Shown here piece after piece: positions 52,007-63,830 of a stretch of DNA of 64,000 bases. This stretch comes from Candidatus Saccharimonadales bacterium (lineage in GTDB: Bacteria; Patescibacteriota; Saccharimonadia; Saccharimonadales; SZUA-47), in NCBI GenBank assembly GCA_041737385.1, contig JBGSRU010000009.1:71015-135014 (forward strand), written 5' to 3'. The notes below the pieces were generated by a model. The model worked only from the letters and a program-made list of their open reading frames with translations. It was not told the DNA's origin and did not search any database. Position numbers and translations under genes: made by a program. Position 1 is the first letter of the stretch. Each line of letters begins with the position of its first letter.

Positions 52007-53443
52007 ATGACAAAATTTTATGTAGCTACTGCTATTCCTTATGTTAATGCCAAACCACATATCGGGCACGCCCTCGATTTTTTGTACGCAGATATCTTGG
52101 CTCGTTATCACCGGCAACTTGGTGAGGATGTGAAATTCAGTATTGGAACAGACGAACACGGAGCAAAAATAGCTGAAAAGGCAAGTGAGCAGGGCATTAC
52201 ACCTCAAGCATACGCAGATCAGATATCTCCACTTTGGGTAGATTTTGCCGCAAAAGCTGGGATTAGTAATGATTTCTTTATCCGTACAACTAACCCAGAT
52301 CATGAAGCACGTGCTCAGCAAATCTGGAAAAACCTAGGTAAACATATCTATAAGGGTAATTATGCTGGCTGGTATTGTGTTGGCTGTGAAGAATACAAAA
52401 CTGACACGCATGTAAAAGATACAAATGGTACTTGTCCAGAACATAATCGACCGTATGACAAAATTGAGGAAGAAAATTACTTTTTTAAACTGAGTAGCTT
52501 TGGGGACCAAATAAAGCAAGCGATTGAAACAAACGACTTGCGAATAGTTCCAGAGTTCCGTAAAAAAGAAATTCTAAATTTGATTACGGAAGGACTGACA
52601 GACATTAGCATCTCTCGCCCCGCTGAGAAAATATCTTGGGGTGTTCCGGTTCCAAATGACAAAACCCAAGTTATGTACGTCTGGTTCGAAGCGCTCATGA
52701 ACTATATAACGGTCCTCGGTTATCCAGACGAAGAAGACTTCAAGACGTATTGGCCAGCTGACATGCACGTTATCGGGAAAGATATTTTGCGCTTTCACGC
52801 AGCAATATGGCCGGCAATGTTGCTCGGTCTTGGGCTACCGCTACCAAAGGCAATATACGCGCATGGTCATGTAAGTTCAGGTGGACAAAAAATGAGTAAA
52901 ACAGTTGGCAATGTTATTGATCCGACAGAAGTTATCGAAAAATACGGACTCGATGCATTTCGTTACTATTTTGCTAGGCACATATCTAGCTACGAAGACG
53001 GAGACTTTACGTTTGAAAAATACACCGCGGTGTACAATAGTGAGCTAGCTAACGAGCTAGGAAATGCAGTATCTAGAGTAGCGGCTATGGTCATCAAATA
53101 CCAAGAAGGGGTGATAGGCGATATACCTCCGGCTGAACACGACAGCGCACGTTACCACGAAGCCATACAAGACTGTCGTTTTGACAAAGCACTTGAGAGC
53201 GTTTGGGAACAAGTCCGAGGGCTTAACCAATACATCGAAGAAGAAAAACCGTGGCAAGTCGCAAAAGAGGATGATAAAGAGCACCTAAGTGAAGTGCTCG
53301 CTTACCTGTGTAGCGCACTACTTGAAATTGCCGACTTGCTGCTTCCATTTATGCCAGAAACATCAGTAAAAATTACCAATGTGTTTGCTGAAGGTATTAT
53401 TCGTCCTCTGGATGGTTCACTGTTTCCTAAAACCGAATTATAG
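52007..53443 (+). CDS. metG: methionine--tRNA ligase (short form)
   Basis: HIGH-type motif PYVNAKPHIGHA, zinc knuckle CVGCEEY...CPEH and KMSKT. Confidence 0.95.
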   Translation: MTKFYVATAIPYVNAKPHIGHALDFLYADILARYHRQLGEDVKFSIGTDEHGAKIAEKASEQGITPQAYADQISPLWVDFAAKAGISNDFFIRTTNPDHEARAQQIWKNLGKHIYKGNYAGWYCVGCEEYKTDTHVKDTNGTCPEHNRPYDKIEEENYFFKLSSFGDQIKQAIETNDLRIVPEFRKKEILNLITEGLTDISISRPAEKISWGVPVPNDKTQVMYVWFEALMNYITVLGYPDEEDFKTYWPADMHVIGKDILRFHAAIWPAMLLGLGLPLPKAIYAHGHVSSGGQKMSKTVGNVIDPTEVIEKYGLDAFRYYFARHISSYEDGDFTFEKYTAVYNSELANELGNAVSRVAAMVIKYQEGVIGDIPPAEHDSARYHEAIQDCRFDKALESVWEQVRGLNQYIEEEKPWQVAKEDDKEHLSEVLAYLCSALLEIADLLLPFMPETSVKITNVFAEGIIRPLDGSLFPKTEL

Positions 53444-53445
53444 TT

Positions 53446-54258
53446 ATGGCTAAAGCTGCTCTTTTTGATACTCACTGCCACATACATGCTAGTGAGTTCG
53501 CTAAAAATTCCGCATTAACGGCAGATCAACAGATTGAAGAAGCTATTAAAGATGGAGTAAACAGGTTCATCTGTGTGGGCACTGATGTCCTTAGCAGTAT
53601 TGAAGCTATTAGTTTTGTGCAGGGGAGAGAAAATTGCTATGCGTCAGTTGCGTTGCACCCACATGAAGCAGCAGGAAAAACTTCTCATGAACTAGTTGAG
53701 TGCGTTGCGATGCTTGATAAACTAGTCCAAGAAAACCAAGCTAAGCAAATCGTTGCTATAGGTGAATGCGGGCTTGATTACTACTATCATGCAACGGATG
53801 AAGTGAGAGAAAAACAGAAAGAACTGCTACGACTGCATATCGATATTGCTCTAAAGTACGATTTACCAGTAATCTTTCATATCCGCGATGCGTTTGATGA
53901 TTTTTTTGCAGTCATTGACTCCTACCCAAACATTCGCGGTGTCGTGCATAGCTTTTCAGCTGGAACCAAGGAGTTAGATGGCGTTTTATCGCGTGGACTT
54001 TATGTTGGACTCAATGGTATAATGACATTCACAAAACAAATACAGCAACTTGATGCCGCAAAAGCGGTTCCACTAAACAAAATGGTGCTTGAAACAGATG
54101 CACCGTTCTTGACACCAGCACCATTTCGTGGTAAAATGTGCATGCCGAAACATCTACGCGTTACGGCAGTATTCTTGAGTGAGCTTCGAAACGAAAGTTT
54201 AGTACACCTCACTGAGATAACATCACGTAATGCGCAGGATTTATTCGGTATAAAGTAG
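53446..54258 (+). CDS. TatD family metal-dependent hydrolase
   Basis: DTHCHI..., ...GECGLDYY..., ...IFHIRDA... and ...VHSFSG... ETDAPFL motifs. Confidence 0.9.
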   Translation: MAKAALFDTHCHIHASEFAKNSALTADQQIEEAIKDGVNRFICVGTDVLSSIEAISFVQGRENCYASVALHPHEAAGKTSHELVECVAMLDKLVQENQAKQIVAIGECGLDYYYHATDEVREKQKELLRLHIDIALKYDLPVIFHIRDAFDDFFAVIDSYPNIRGVVHSFSAGTKELDGVLSRGLYVGLNGIMTFTKQIQQLDAAKAVPLNKMVLETDAPFLTPAPFRGKMCMPKHLRVTAVFLSELRNESLVHLTEITSRNAQDLFGIK

Positions 54259-54269
54259 GAGATTAGTAG

Positions 54270-54734
54270 GTGTTAGACGAGTTATTAAGCGTCATAGGAA
54301 TTGAATCAGCGCGACCTCACTCAGAAATCCGTGGGTCTACTGCTGAAGTTATCAGAATTCGGCCTACTACCGTTGAAGCAAGTGTTGCTGAAGTTGGGCA
54401 CGCAATTGGCGTTATGCTTGGTGGTGTTGCTGAGCAGGTTAGCACTATCACTCAAACCAGTTACGCTATACTCTCTGACGCCGTAATACTTGACGGAAAA
54501 GCACAAAAGGCTCGTGATGATGAAGCGACTATGCGCGGGATGATTGCCGGAAATGAATTAGAAGTAGGCATTCCTGACCAGCACGATACATCCGTTTTAG
54601 ATGCAATGGTTCAGGAAACAACGATTGAAGATGCAGCTGCAAATGTAGTATCGCTTGATGCATACAAAGACGCGCAGCTAATTCAGGATCAAATGGCCGC
54701 TAAAGCTCGTGCTTTCTTAAAAAATGCAGCTTAA
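54270..54734 (+). CDS. hypothetical protein
   Basis: 154-codon ORF with a GTG start after GGAGATTAGTAG. No family recognised. Confidence 0.45.
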   Translation: MLDELLSVIGIESARPHSEIRGSTAEVIRIRPTTVEASVAEVGHAIGVMLGGVAEQVSTITQTSYAILSDAVILDGKAQKARDDEATMRGMIAGNELEVGIPDQHDTSVLDAMVQETTIEDAAANVVSLDAYKDAQLIQDQMAAKARAFLKNAA

Positions 54735-54758
54735 AAGTAGCTAATAGAAGAAAACGAT

Positions 54759-55142
54759 ATGAATATATTTACACAATTTTTTAAGAGCGGAAATAGCGAA
54801 AGCCGTACACAAGCGATTCTTCAGGATTTGATGCGCCGAGAAGCAGCATTGTCGCGTGATATTTTTGGGCCGGTGCCTAAAGATACTAAGCGAGAATTTT
54901 TCTGCTTAGATAAAAACACTTGGGTGTGGTTCGAAGAATGGACAGACGCGGACGGTAAACGACAACAAGTAACGACGCGTTATATTATTCGACCGAAAGA
55001 GATTTTGAAGTCTCAGAATGGTGGTGCATACCAGCGACTCACTATTGACGAAGCACAAAATTTCTACAGCGCTACAAAAGCCTACTACAAGAAGATAAAA
55101 ACTCATTTGTACGCTGAGAATAAAACCGCATCGGCGATGTAG
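54759..55142 (+). CDS. hypothetical protein
   Basis: 127-codon ORF. No family recognised. Confidence 0.5.
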   Translation: MNIFTQFFKSGNSESRTQAILQDLMRREAALSRDIFGPVPKDTKREFFCLDKNTWVWFEEWTDADGKRQQVTTRYIIRPKEILKSQNGGAYQRLTIDEAQNFYSATKAYYKKIKTHLYAENKTASAM

Positions 55143-55158
55143 CGTACACTGGAGGGGT

Positions 55159-56295
55159 ATGAGTATTTATCTTGATTATGCGGCTGCAACTCCGATTGAC
55201 GACTCTGTTCTCGCGGCAATGAAGCCGTTTTTTTCTGAACAGTTTTATAACCCATCTGCACTGTATCAACCTGCTAGAATCGCAAAAGAGGCGCTTGAAC
55301 TAGCGAGACATGATGTTGCCCAGTTAATAGGTTCGCGCCCGAGCGAAGTTACCTTTACTGCTGGCGGTACGGAATCTGCAAATCTAGCGATCCGCGGTAT
55401 TATGGAGCGATTTCCTGAAGCAGAAGTGCTGACAAGTTCAATTGAGCATGAGGCGGTTATGGAGCCAGCAAAACAGTTCAGGCATCGCATTGTACCCGTT
55501 GACCACAATGGTGTCGTTATCATAGCGGAGCTACCAGCACTAATCAAAGACAACACCGTATTGTTATCAATTATGTATGCCAATAATGAAGTTGGTACGG
55601 TACAACCGATCAAAGATATCGTTGCTATAGCACAAACAGTTCGAGACCGACGCAAAGAAGCTGGAAACTCTCTCCCGCTATATGTATACACCGATGCATG
55701 TCAGGCGCCTCAGTACCTTGATATAAATGTTGCTCGGCTTGGCGTTGATTTGATGACGTTGAATGGTGGAAAGATATACGGACCAAAACAATCAGGTATT
55801 TTGTATCACAAAATTAATGTGATGCTGGAACCACAAGTTCGTGGTGGTGGGCAAGAGTATGGCTTGCGAAGCGGCACAGAAAATGTCGCATCATGTGTTG
55901 GGTTTGCAAAAGCCTTAGCGTTAATTACGAAAAATCAATCAGAGATGAAGAAGCATGTTCAAAGCGTGGCACACTATTTTATCAGTAAGTTAGAGGATCA
56001 GTACGGTGCAGTGTTAAACGGTCATAAAAAACTGCGCCTACCGCACAATATCCATGTCACATTCCCAGAGTGTGATAACGAAAGAGTATTGTTTTCGCTT
56101 GATGACCAAGGAATATATGCAGCAGCCGGTTCAGCATGTAGTGCCAGTAACGACGATGCATCTCACGTGCTGCTTGCCATGGGCAAGACCGAACAAGAAG
56201 CGCGCGCCAGCATTAGGTTCTCTATAGGCAAAGAAACATCCCTGCAACAGATAGATAAAGTTGTGGCAGCTCTCTCGGTTGCGCTTAAAGCATAG
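55159..56295 (+). CDS. cysteine desulfurase (class V aminotransferase, NifS/IscS-like)
   Basis: YLDYAATTP..., ...FTAGGTESANLA..., the PLP-lysine region ...LNGGKIYGPK..., ...RSGTEN... and the active-site GSACSA. Confidence 0.9.
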   Translation: MSIYLDYAAATPIDDSVLAAMKPFFSEQFYNPSALYQPARIAKEALELARHDVAQLIGSRPSEVTFTAGGTESANLAIRGIMERFPEAEVLTSSIEHEAVMEPAKQFRHRIVPVDHNGVVIIAELPALIKDNTVLLSIMYANNEVGTVQPIKDIVAIAQTVRDRRKEAGNSLPLYVYTDACQAPQYLDINVARLGVDLMTLNGGKIYGPKQSGILYHKINVMLEPQVRGGGQEYGLRSGTENVASCVGFAKALALITKNQSEMKKHVQSVAHYFISKLEDQYGAVLNGHKKLRLPHNIHVTFPECDNERVLFSLDDQGIYAAAGSACSASNDDASHVLLAMGKTEQEARASIRFSIGKETSLQQIDKVVAALSVALKA

Positions 56296-56374
56296 AGCAG
56301 CTAAAGCGCTTGTGTCTAGATAAACAAAAGCGTTATACTACTATTTAAGGATTTATAATTCTTGAAGATTATTC

Positions 56375-57220
56375 ATGCTAGAAAAAATTAAAGAAAAAAT
56401 ATCATTTAAACGTTTCTTTTCGGCGGTGGGACTCCTATCGTTAGTTTTTTTGTCTCACGTCGCGCCTGCAACGGCACAGTCAATCACTCAAGGCTATGGT
56501 AGCGAAGAAACTATTCAGCGAGCAACTATCGTATCGTTGACACTCGACGATGCAAAAAAAGTTGAACCAACATCTCTTGATAATGATGAGCGGATGCATG
56601 GAGTAGTAGTGAGCCAAAACGATGCGCCGTTTACGCTCTCTTCTGAAGACGAAAAGACCTTCGTTGCGACAAAAGGTCGATTTGAAACATTTGCAAGCAA
56701 TGAAAACGGTGCAATACAACCCGGAGACTATGTCACGATTTCACGAGTTGCAGGGATAGGCATGAAAGCAGGTGAAAACGAACCATTTGTCATCGGAAAA
56801 GCTATCTCTGGTTTTGACGGCGAAACAGGAGTTTTGAGTACAACCAACATTGACTCAGGCGGCGAACAGAGAAAAGTTTCGATTGGGCGAATTCAGGTTG
56901 ATGTTGGTGTTGGCGGAAATCCGCTGCTGAAGAATTCAGACTCTAACCTTCCGGGGTTTTTACAAAAAGCGGCAGAGACGATTGCGCAAAAATCACCAAT
57001 AAATCCCATTCGAATATACATCAGTCTGTTCATCCTAATCGTGTCGGCTGTGGTCGCCGGAGTACTGCTCTACTCAGGGGTGAGAAGTGCAATTATTTCT
57101 ATTGGACGTAATCCACTGTCCAAAAAATCGATCACAAAGAGCCTTTTACAGGTGATTATGACCAGTATTATCATTTTGTTGTTAGGTATTTTTGGGGTAT
57201 ATTTATTACTAAGAATCTAA
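56375..57220 (+). CDS. secreted/membrane protein with a C-terminal two-helix hairpin
   Basis: Signal peptide (...LSHVAPATAQS), a ~190-aa extracytoplasmic domain, then two TM helices joined by the loop SIGRNPLSKK. Confidence 0.55.
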   Translation: MLEKIKEKISFKRFFSAVGLLSLVFLSHVAPATAQSITQGYGSEETIQRATIVSLTLDDAKKVEPTSLDNDERMHGVVVSQNDAPFTLSSEDEKTFVATKGRFETFASNENGAIQPGDYVTISRVAGIGMKAGENEPFVIGKAISGFDGETGVLSTTNIDSGGEQRKVSIGRIQVDVGVGGNPLLKNSDSNLPGFLQKAAETIAQKSPINPIRIYISLFILIVSAVVAGVLLYSGVRSAIISIGRNPLSKKSITKSLLQVIMTSIIILLLGIFGVYLLLRI

Positions 57221-57251
57221 GCATAAGCGGTGGGAGCGCTACAGATATAAA

Positions 57252-57881
57252 GTGAGTTTAGGAATATTAGCTGCATTATTAGTCGTGATCACCGGTGTGT
57301 GTGGGCTTGTGCTGTGGTTTATTTTCCATACACCACATGTGAAAAAGCTTAAATCAGACCCGAAAAATGCCCTAGAGGACTTAAGTAATCGAGCAAAAGA
57401 TGACGTTGAACATATCTTTAATGATGAATTTCGTGAGGAACTACGAAACCGTGGCCGACTGCACTTTGAAAAGATTATTGGTGAGAATGCCATGTTTTTG
57501 CAGCAAGATCTACGATTAACAACAAGCCAGCTCAACGAGTTCATGAAGAACGAGATTAGCAGTGTTTTGAAAGATGAGTTTTCAAAGTACGAAGAATCAA
57601 TAAATGACGCAAAGCAGCTTGCAATTGAATCTATTCAGAAAACACAAACAACGATTGAGCAACAACGAGAGCTGTTGACGCAACAACTTAACGAACAGCT
57701 GTCTACAGAGAAGAGTCGTAGCATGAGTCGGTTTGAGTCACATATGGCCGATATAGTGAATCACTACGTGCTTGAGGCTGTAGGAGAGCAAATTGATCTG
57801 AGTGAACAGTTGGAGTTTATCTTGTCTCAAATGGAACGAAACAAGGAAGCCATCATTAAGGACATCAGAGATGGAGCATAA
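57252..57881 (+). CDS. atpF: F-type ATPase subunit b-like protein (N-terminal TM + long coiled coil)
   Basis: GTG start, a single N-terminal TM (ILAALLVVITGVCGLVLWFIF), and a Glu/Lys/Gln-rich helix to the end. It occupies the position before the delta-like gene. Confidence 0.5.
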   Translation: MSLGILAALLVVITGVCGLVLWFIFHTPHVKKLKSDPKNALEDLSNRAKDDVEHIFNDEFREELRNRGRLHFEKIIGENAMFLQQDLRLTTSQLNEFMKNEISSVLKDEFSKYEESINDAKQLAIESIQKTQTTIEQQRELLTQQLNEQLSTEKSRSMSRFESHMADIVNHYVLEAVGEQIDLSEQLEFILSQMERNKEAIIKDIRDGA

Positions 57882-58467
57882 CGAAAACAAGCTCTCCTTA
57901 CCTGTTGGAATCGTAAGCCCAACTGATATTGCTCGACTGACACGTGAAATTGAAGCTATTGAAAATTATTTTCGAGAACAAAGAATCAGACAAGCAGGTG
58001 AACCAAACTCTATGCCACGTTTAAGTAAGCTTATGGATCAAATGGCTGCAGAAAACCAACTGAACCTGCTCGATACTGCAGATCGCACAAAAATACTTGA
58101 AGTCTTAGAGAAGCTTCATTCATCCGCTCCAGTTATGCATATAAGTTTTAGCGTTGATCCGCCAGGCCCTTACGTCCAGAAAATAGTGTCGTGGTTACGG
58201 CAAAACATTGATCAGCATGTGTTGGTAACGGTTGGGTTACAGCCAAATATTGGTGCAGGTTGCGTTGTGCGCACCACTAACAAGTTATTTGATTTTTCTC
58301 TGAGAGAATTTTTTGCGCAGAAAAGAGAATTTTTTATTAAAAAAATGCACGAGTCAATCACAGAGCAAGGCGCTGAAGAAGTGCTAGTAGCGCAACAAGA
58401 AGTCTCCGTAAGCCCTGAGTCAGTTTCAGATACTCCAGTAGCAGTACAAGTGAACGGGGCTTCATAA
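57871..58467 (+). CDS. atpH: F-type ATPase subunit delta (OSCP)-like protein
   Basis: The C-terminal ...[31 protein letters not shown]... resembles the conserved delta C-terminus (IGG..V..G....D.S). The start overlaps the b stop, and the stop overlaps the alpha start (TAATG). Confidence 0.5.
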   Translation: MEHNENKLSLPVGIVSPTDIARLTREIEAIENYFREQRIRQAGEPNSMPRLSKLMDQMAAENQLNLLDTADRTKILEVLEKLHSSAPVMHISFSVDPPGPYVQKIVSWLRQNIDQHVLVTVGLQPNIGAGCVVRTTNKLFDFSLREFFAQKREFFIKKMHESITEQGAEEVLVAQQEVSVSPESVSDTPVAVQVNGAS

Positions 58468-60032
58468 TGAGCACGTCAACAGGAAATCAACATTTCGATA
58501 AATTGATTGATGCTGGCAAGCCCGTAGGAGAGGTTATTGGTGTTGAGAAGTTTCTCGTAAAAGTAAAAGGGCTCCAACCATGTCGTATTCACGCACTTAT
58601 CATGTTCGAAGATGGCAGCAAAGGCTTTGTTCACCAAGTTGCAAATGAATATGTCATGATTTTACATCTTGGTGAAACAGAATTAACACTAGGGATGATT
58701 GCAGTATTACAGCACGAAGAGCTTGTGGCAAAAGTTGGCAAAGACTTTATTGGTCGCGTGGTAACGGTAACTGGAGAACCTCTGGACGGCAAAGGTCCAA
58801 TAGCTGCTGACTCTGTCTGGCCAGTTTTTAATATTGCACCTCCTATTTATGCAAGAAAGTTACTTGATACACAGCTTGAAACCGGCGTCACAGCACTTGA
58901 TGCGCTTTTCCCTGTTGTGAGAGGCCAGCGAATGGCGATGCTTGGGGATAGTAAATCAGGTAAGAGCACGCTTGCGACGCAAATGGTTATAAACCAAAAA
59001 CACACCGATCAGATTGTTGTTTATTGTCTGATTGCCAAGAGGCGCAGTGATGTTGACACACTCTTATCTCGCTTGGAAGAGTCTGGTTCGCTCGATACGG
59101 CCATTGTTATTGTCAGTACGATGTTCGAATCGCTTATTATGAGTTATATTGCACCTTATGTTGCTTGTGCAATGGCAGAATATCTCTGGCAAGAAAAAGC
59201 TCAAGACACAATTATTATTTATGATGACTTGACCTCGCATGCACACGCCTACAGAGAAGTAGCGCTTCTGTCAGGTGTTAGTCCTGGCCGTGATAGTTAT
59301 CCGGGAGACATGTTTTATGCCCACTCTAGCTTGCTAGAACGGGCCGGTCGGCTTGAGAGCAACAGTGCTCACCTTACTAGCATTCCGCTGGTAAACGCTG
59401 CCGGAGGTGACATCACTGCTTATTTGCCGACAAACATCATGTCTATTACTGATGGACAGTGGATATTAGATATGGACATCTTTCGAAATGGTATACGACC
59501 CGCGGTGAATATGGGGCTAAGTGTTACCCGTGTCGGTGGTGTTGGTCATGGAAAACGCCAAAAAAATCTTGCTGCTCAAACACTTAAAATGCTTGCAGAC
59601 TACCGGCAGTCTGAAGAATTCTCGCACTTTGGTTCAGAGCTAGCGCTAGAAGCTAAAAAAGCACTCGATACAGGTAGGCGTGTCTTCGAACTTTTGACGC
59701 AAAGCCCTACCGAAGTGTTTTCTCTTATGGCACAACAACTCATGCTTGATATTTGTCTGAATATTGAAACTGGAGAACAGCTTGATATGGGACAACTAAA
59801 GCTTAATGTAAACGAAATCGCTGCCATGGTAAAAGATGATACTGATGAAGCATACGAAGTCGCAAAAGAAGCGTTGCGTAAAAAAGCGCTTATACAATTA
59901 GCCGGAGCCCCAGCGAAGGCCGCTCCTACAAAAGAAGCTGAAACATCTACAGAACAAAGCTCAAAAGACAAGTCTGACAAAAGTAAAGATAAAGATACGA
60001 AAAAAGATGAAAAAGCAGAGGACAAGAAATGA
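58467..60032 (+). CDS. atpA: F1 ATPase alpha subunit (divergent, with Lys/Asp/Glu-rich C-terminal tail)
   Basis: ...[17 protein letters not shown]..., [19 protein letters not shown]-loop GDSKSGKST, ...[19 protein letters not shown]...[21 protein letters not shown]... Confidence 0.88.
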   Translation: MSTSTGNQHFDKLIDAGKPVGEVIGVEKFLVKVKGLQPCRIHALIMFEDGSKGFVHQVANEYVMILHLGETELTLGMIAVLQHEELVAKVGKDFIGRVVTVTGEPLDGKGPIAADSVWPVFNIAPPIYARKLLDTQLETGVTALDALFPVVRGQRMAMLGDSKSGKSTLATQMVINQKHTDQIVVYCLIAKRRSDVDTLLSRLEESGSLDTAIVIVSTMFESLIMSYIAPYVACAMAEYLWQEKAQDTIIIYDDLTSHAHAYREVALLSGVSPGRDSYPGDMFYAHSSLLERAGRLESNSAHLTSIPLVNAAGGDITAYLPTNIMSITDGQWILDMDIFRNGIRPAVNMGLSVTRVGGVGHGKRQKNLAAQTLKMLADYRQSEEFSHFGSELALEAKKALDTGRRVFELLTQSPTEVFSLMAQQLMLDICLNIETGEQLDMGQLKLNVNEIAAMVKDDTDEAYEVAKEALRKKALIQLAGAPAKAAPTKEAETSTEQSSKDKSDKSKDKDTKKDEKAEDKK

Positions 60033-60888
60033 GACATCCAAGTGATATTGAGCGAGACGTCAAGTCAATCGGAACATTAGTTGAACTCACCAGCGTTTTT
60101 GAGGGCATAGCGAGTATGCGTATTGCGCAGATCAAAAACCAAGTATTGCAAGCAACTGAGTTTTTTGATGATTTATGGGAAATATATTCACAGCTAAGAG
60201 TTGATAACCTTTTCCGATTTGGCCGTAGTCAATCTGGTGAAGAGGTTATTACAAAAGATTTGTTTATTGTCATCACCGCAGAAGGTGGTTTTAGTGGTGA
60301 TATTGACCAGAAACTGATCAAAGTTATGGCTGAAAGCTATGACAAAGAAAAGCACGACGTACTAGTAATTGGACACCACGGCGCGATGCAGCTCGCACAA
60401 CGAGGTATAGGATTTATAAAATACTTCAAAATGCCAACAAAAGACAAGAACATCAATGTTGTTCCAATTATTCGCTATGTTCAAAAGTATCAAAAAACGA
60501 CAGTTTTCTATCAGGAGTATATTTCTCTGATGGTGCAAGACGTCAAGCGTATTGATTTGTCTTCTGCGGTTCAGCAACAAGGAAAACAGAGTGAAGAACA
60601 GCAGAAAAAAGAATTTATCTCTAGCGAAAATACTATTTTTGAGCCAAGCATGTATAAAGTAATCGATCACTTGGAGCGCTCAATGTTACAAATCGCCATG
60701 AGTCAGCTGATTCTAAACTCAAAGTTGGCGCAATACGCAAGTCGCTTCCGTGCCATGACTGCTTCACACGAACGAGCAGAAGAATCAGAGGGTGATTATC
60801 GTCTAGAATATAACCGAGCTAAGCGCGCGATTAAAGATCAGCGACTTAAAGAAATTATTACTGGCATGAGAAAGTCAAAGGTGGCAGC

Positions 60889-60892
<4 letters not shown>
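60029..60892 (+). CDS. atpG: F1 ATPase gamma subunit
   Basis: N-terminal helix ...[21 protein letters not shown]..., central ...[14 protein letters not shown]... and C-terminal helix ...[14 protein letters not shown].... ATGA overlap with alpha. Confidence 0.8.
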
Positions 60893-62315
<1,423 letters not shown>

Positions 62316-62325
62316 GAGATAAACT

Positions 62326-62658
62326 GTGGCTACGAGGCAAGATGCAAGCACCGGCGAAATGATTAACGACGAATCTGCTGGAGACGATAAGAAACCAGTT
62401 ATCGCAGACGATCCTACGTTGATGCAGATTAAGGTATATTCACCGTACCAAGTATATTTTGATGAAAAAGCGACAAGCATCAGTGCCATAAACGATACCG
62501 GTCCGTTTGACATCTTAAAGGGACACCATAAGTTTCTTACGCTATTAAATCCGTGTGAGCTATCAATCCTCTCAGAAAAAGGCGAAGAAAGAATCAAAAT
62601 TTCTCACGGCATTATGTATGTTAAAGAAGATAAAGTTATCGTGTTTCTTGATGTTTAG
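62326..62658 (+). CDS. atpC: F1 ATPase epsilon subunit (beta-sandwich only)
   Basis: ...MQIKVYSPYQVYFDEKATSISAINDTGPFDILKGHHKFLTLLNPCELSI...HGIMYVKEDKVIVFLD matches the epsilon N-domain pattern. There is no C-terminal helical hairpin. GTG start after TAGGAGA. Confidence 0.65.
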   Translation: MATRQDASTGEMINDESAGDDKKPVIADDPTLMQIKVYSPYQVYFDEKATSISAINDTGPFDILKGHHKFLTLLNPCELSILSEKGEERIKISHGIMYVKEDKVIVFLDV

Positions 62659-62714
62659 ACAAATAGCTACTTGTTAAGACTTAGCTGAACAAAAAAGTAT
62701 ATTTTATATTTGTA

Positions 62715-63683
62715 TTAATCGATGACGATATAATCAAACGAAATTGAGCCAGTTCCCATTGCTGATGCAGCTGCAATAGTGAAGCCAGAAGCGGTTCGTG
62801 AACTGATGTAGTAGCTAGCAGCTGCGAGAGAGCCGCTTGTAGTGACTGGCGTGAAGACAACATGAGGGCTACCGTTAAATGCTGATGAGAAATTGATGGT
62901 TGCGAGCACACCGTTACCGGCGCCTGATCCTGCATTTACAGTGACAGTACCGGCTGTATCTGTGCCACTAATCGTGACAGTGCCTCCTGAGCCTACCGCA
63001 CCACCACGAACAACACCTGGTGTTCCACCTCCGGCATCTATATGGCGGTTGAATTGGATGTCACCACTAATAGATAGCGCATCAATAGTTATTGAAGGCG
63101 CTGAAATAGGTCCTGCGAAGGATGCTTGACCGTTAACAGTTAATCCTCTTTGTACGGTTAACACACCTTGAATACTTGTGTCTCCGGCAATAGCCAAGCT
63201 GTTAATTTGTACCTCATCTAGGGAGCTTTTCCCTGAAACAGTGATGCCAGGTAAATTGAGATCACCGCCCACTTTTATTGTTCCTGCAACATCTAGTCCG
63301 TCTCGTATGAGCACTTTGCCAGCGAAAACAGCGTTTGATTCAATGTTGAGCAGTTGTTTTGGGTCTCCTACAGTTGCTTCGTTGCTACTTAGGTTGTCGA
63401 TGGCCTCTTGAGTTAATTCCTGTGTAGCGATATTTTCTTGCTCGGCTACTTGTCTATTGCTCGATTGAATTACCACGAAAATAATTATTATGCTGATAAT
63501 GATAAGTAATATAAACCCAAGTAGGTAAATATTTATACGGTTAGCAATAGCGGTCGCTAATGAACCTTTAGGTTTCTTTACTTTTGTTTTTTCTTGAGTA
63601 GAAGACTCTGCAGAAGTAACATCAGCTGTGACTTCTGTATCTTTTTCTTCAAGTGTTTCTAGTGAATCTTTGTTCTCTTCCAT
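62715..63683 (-). CDS. membrane-anchored surface protein with Gly/Thr/Val-rich beta-helix-like repeats
   Basis: Acidic N-terminus, one TM (IYLLGFILLIIISIIIIFVVI), then repeated ...G(D/T)x(x)VxG... segments and a C-terminal globular domain. Confidence 0.55.
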   Translation of the reverse strand: MEENKDSLETLEEKDTEVTADVTSAESSTQEKTKVKKPKGSLATAIANRINIYLLGFILLIIISIIIIFVVIQSSNRQVAEQENIATQELTQEAIDNLSSNEATVGDPKQLLNIESNAVFAGKVLIRDGLDVAGTIKVGGDLNLPGITVSGKSSLDEVQINSLAIAGDTSIQGVLTVQRGLTVNGQASFAGPISAPSITIDALSISGDIQFNRHIDAGGGTPGVVRGGAVGSGGTVTISGTDTAGTVTVNAGSGAGNGVLATINFSSAFNGSPHVVFTPVTTSGSLAAASYYISSRTASGFTIAAASAMGTGSISFDYIVID

Positions 63684-63830
63684 ATCAATATAATGCTAAT
63701 GGCTATCCTTTACTGAGTAGTGTATATGATAGTCGCTTAAAAGTCACTACTATTGGTAGGTGTTATGTATAACTAAGTTGCGCATAAGCAACTGTTCGTG
63801 TCATACTTTTATTCATAGAGAGGGCTGTAT

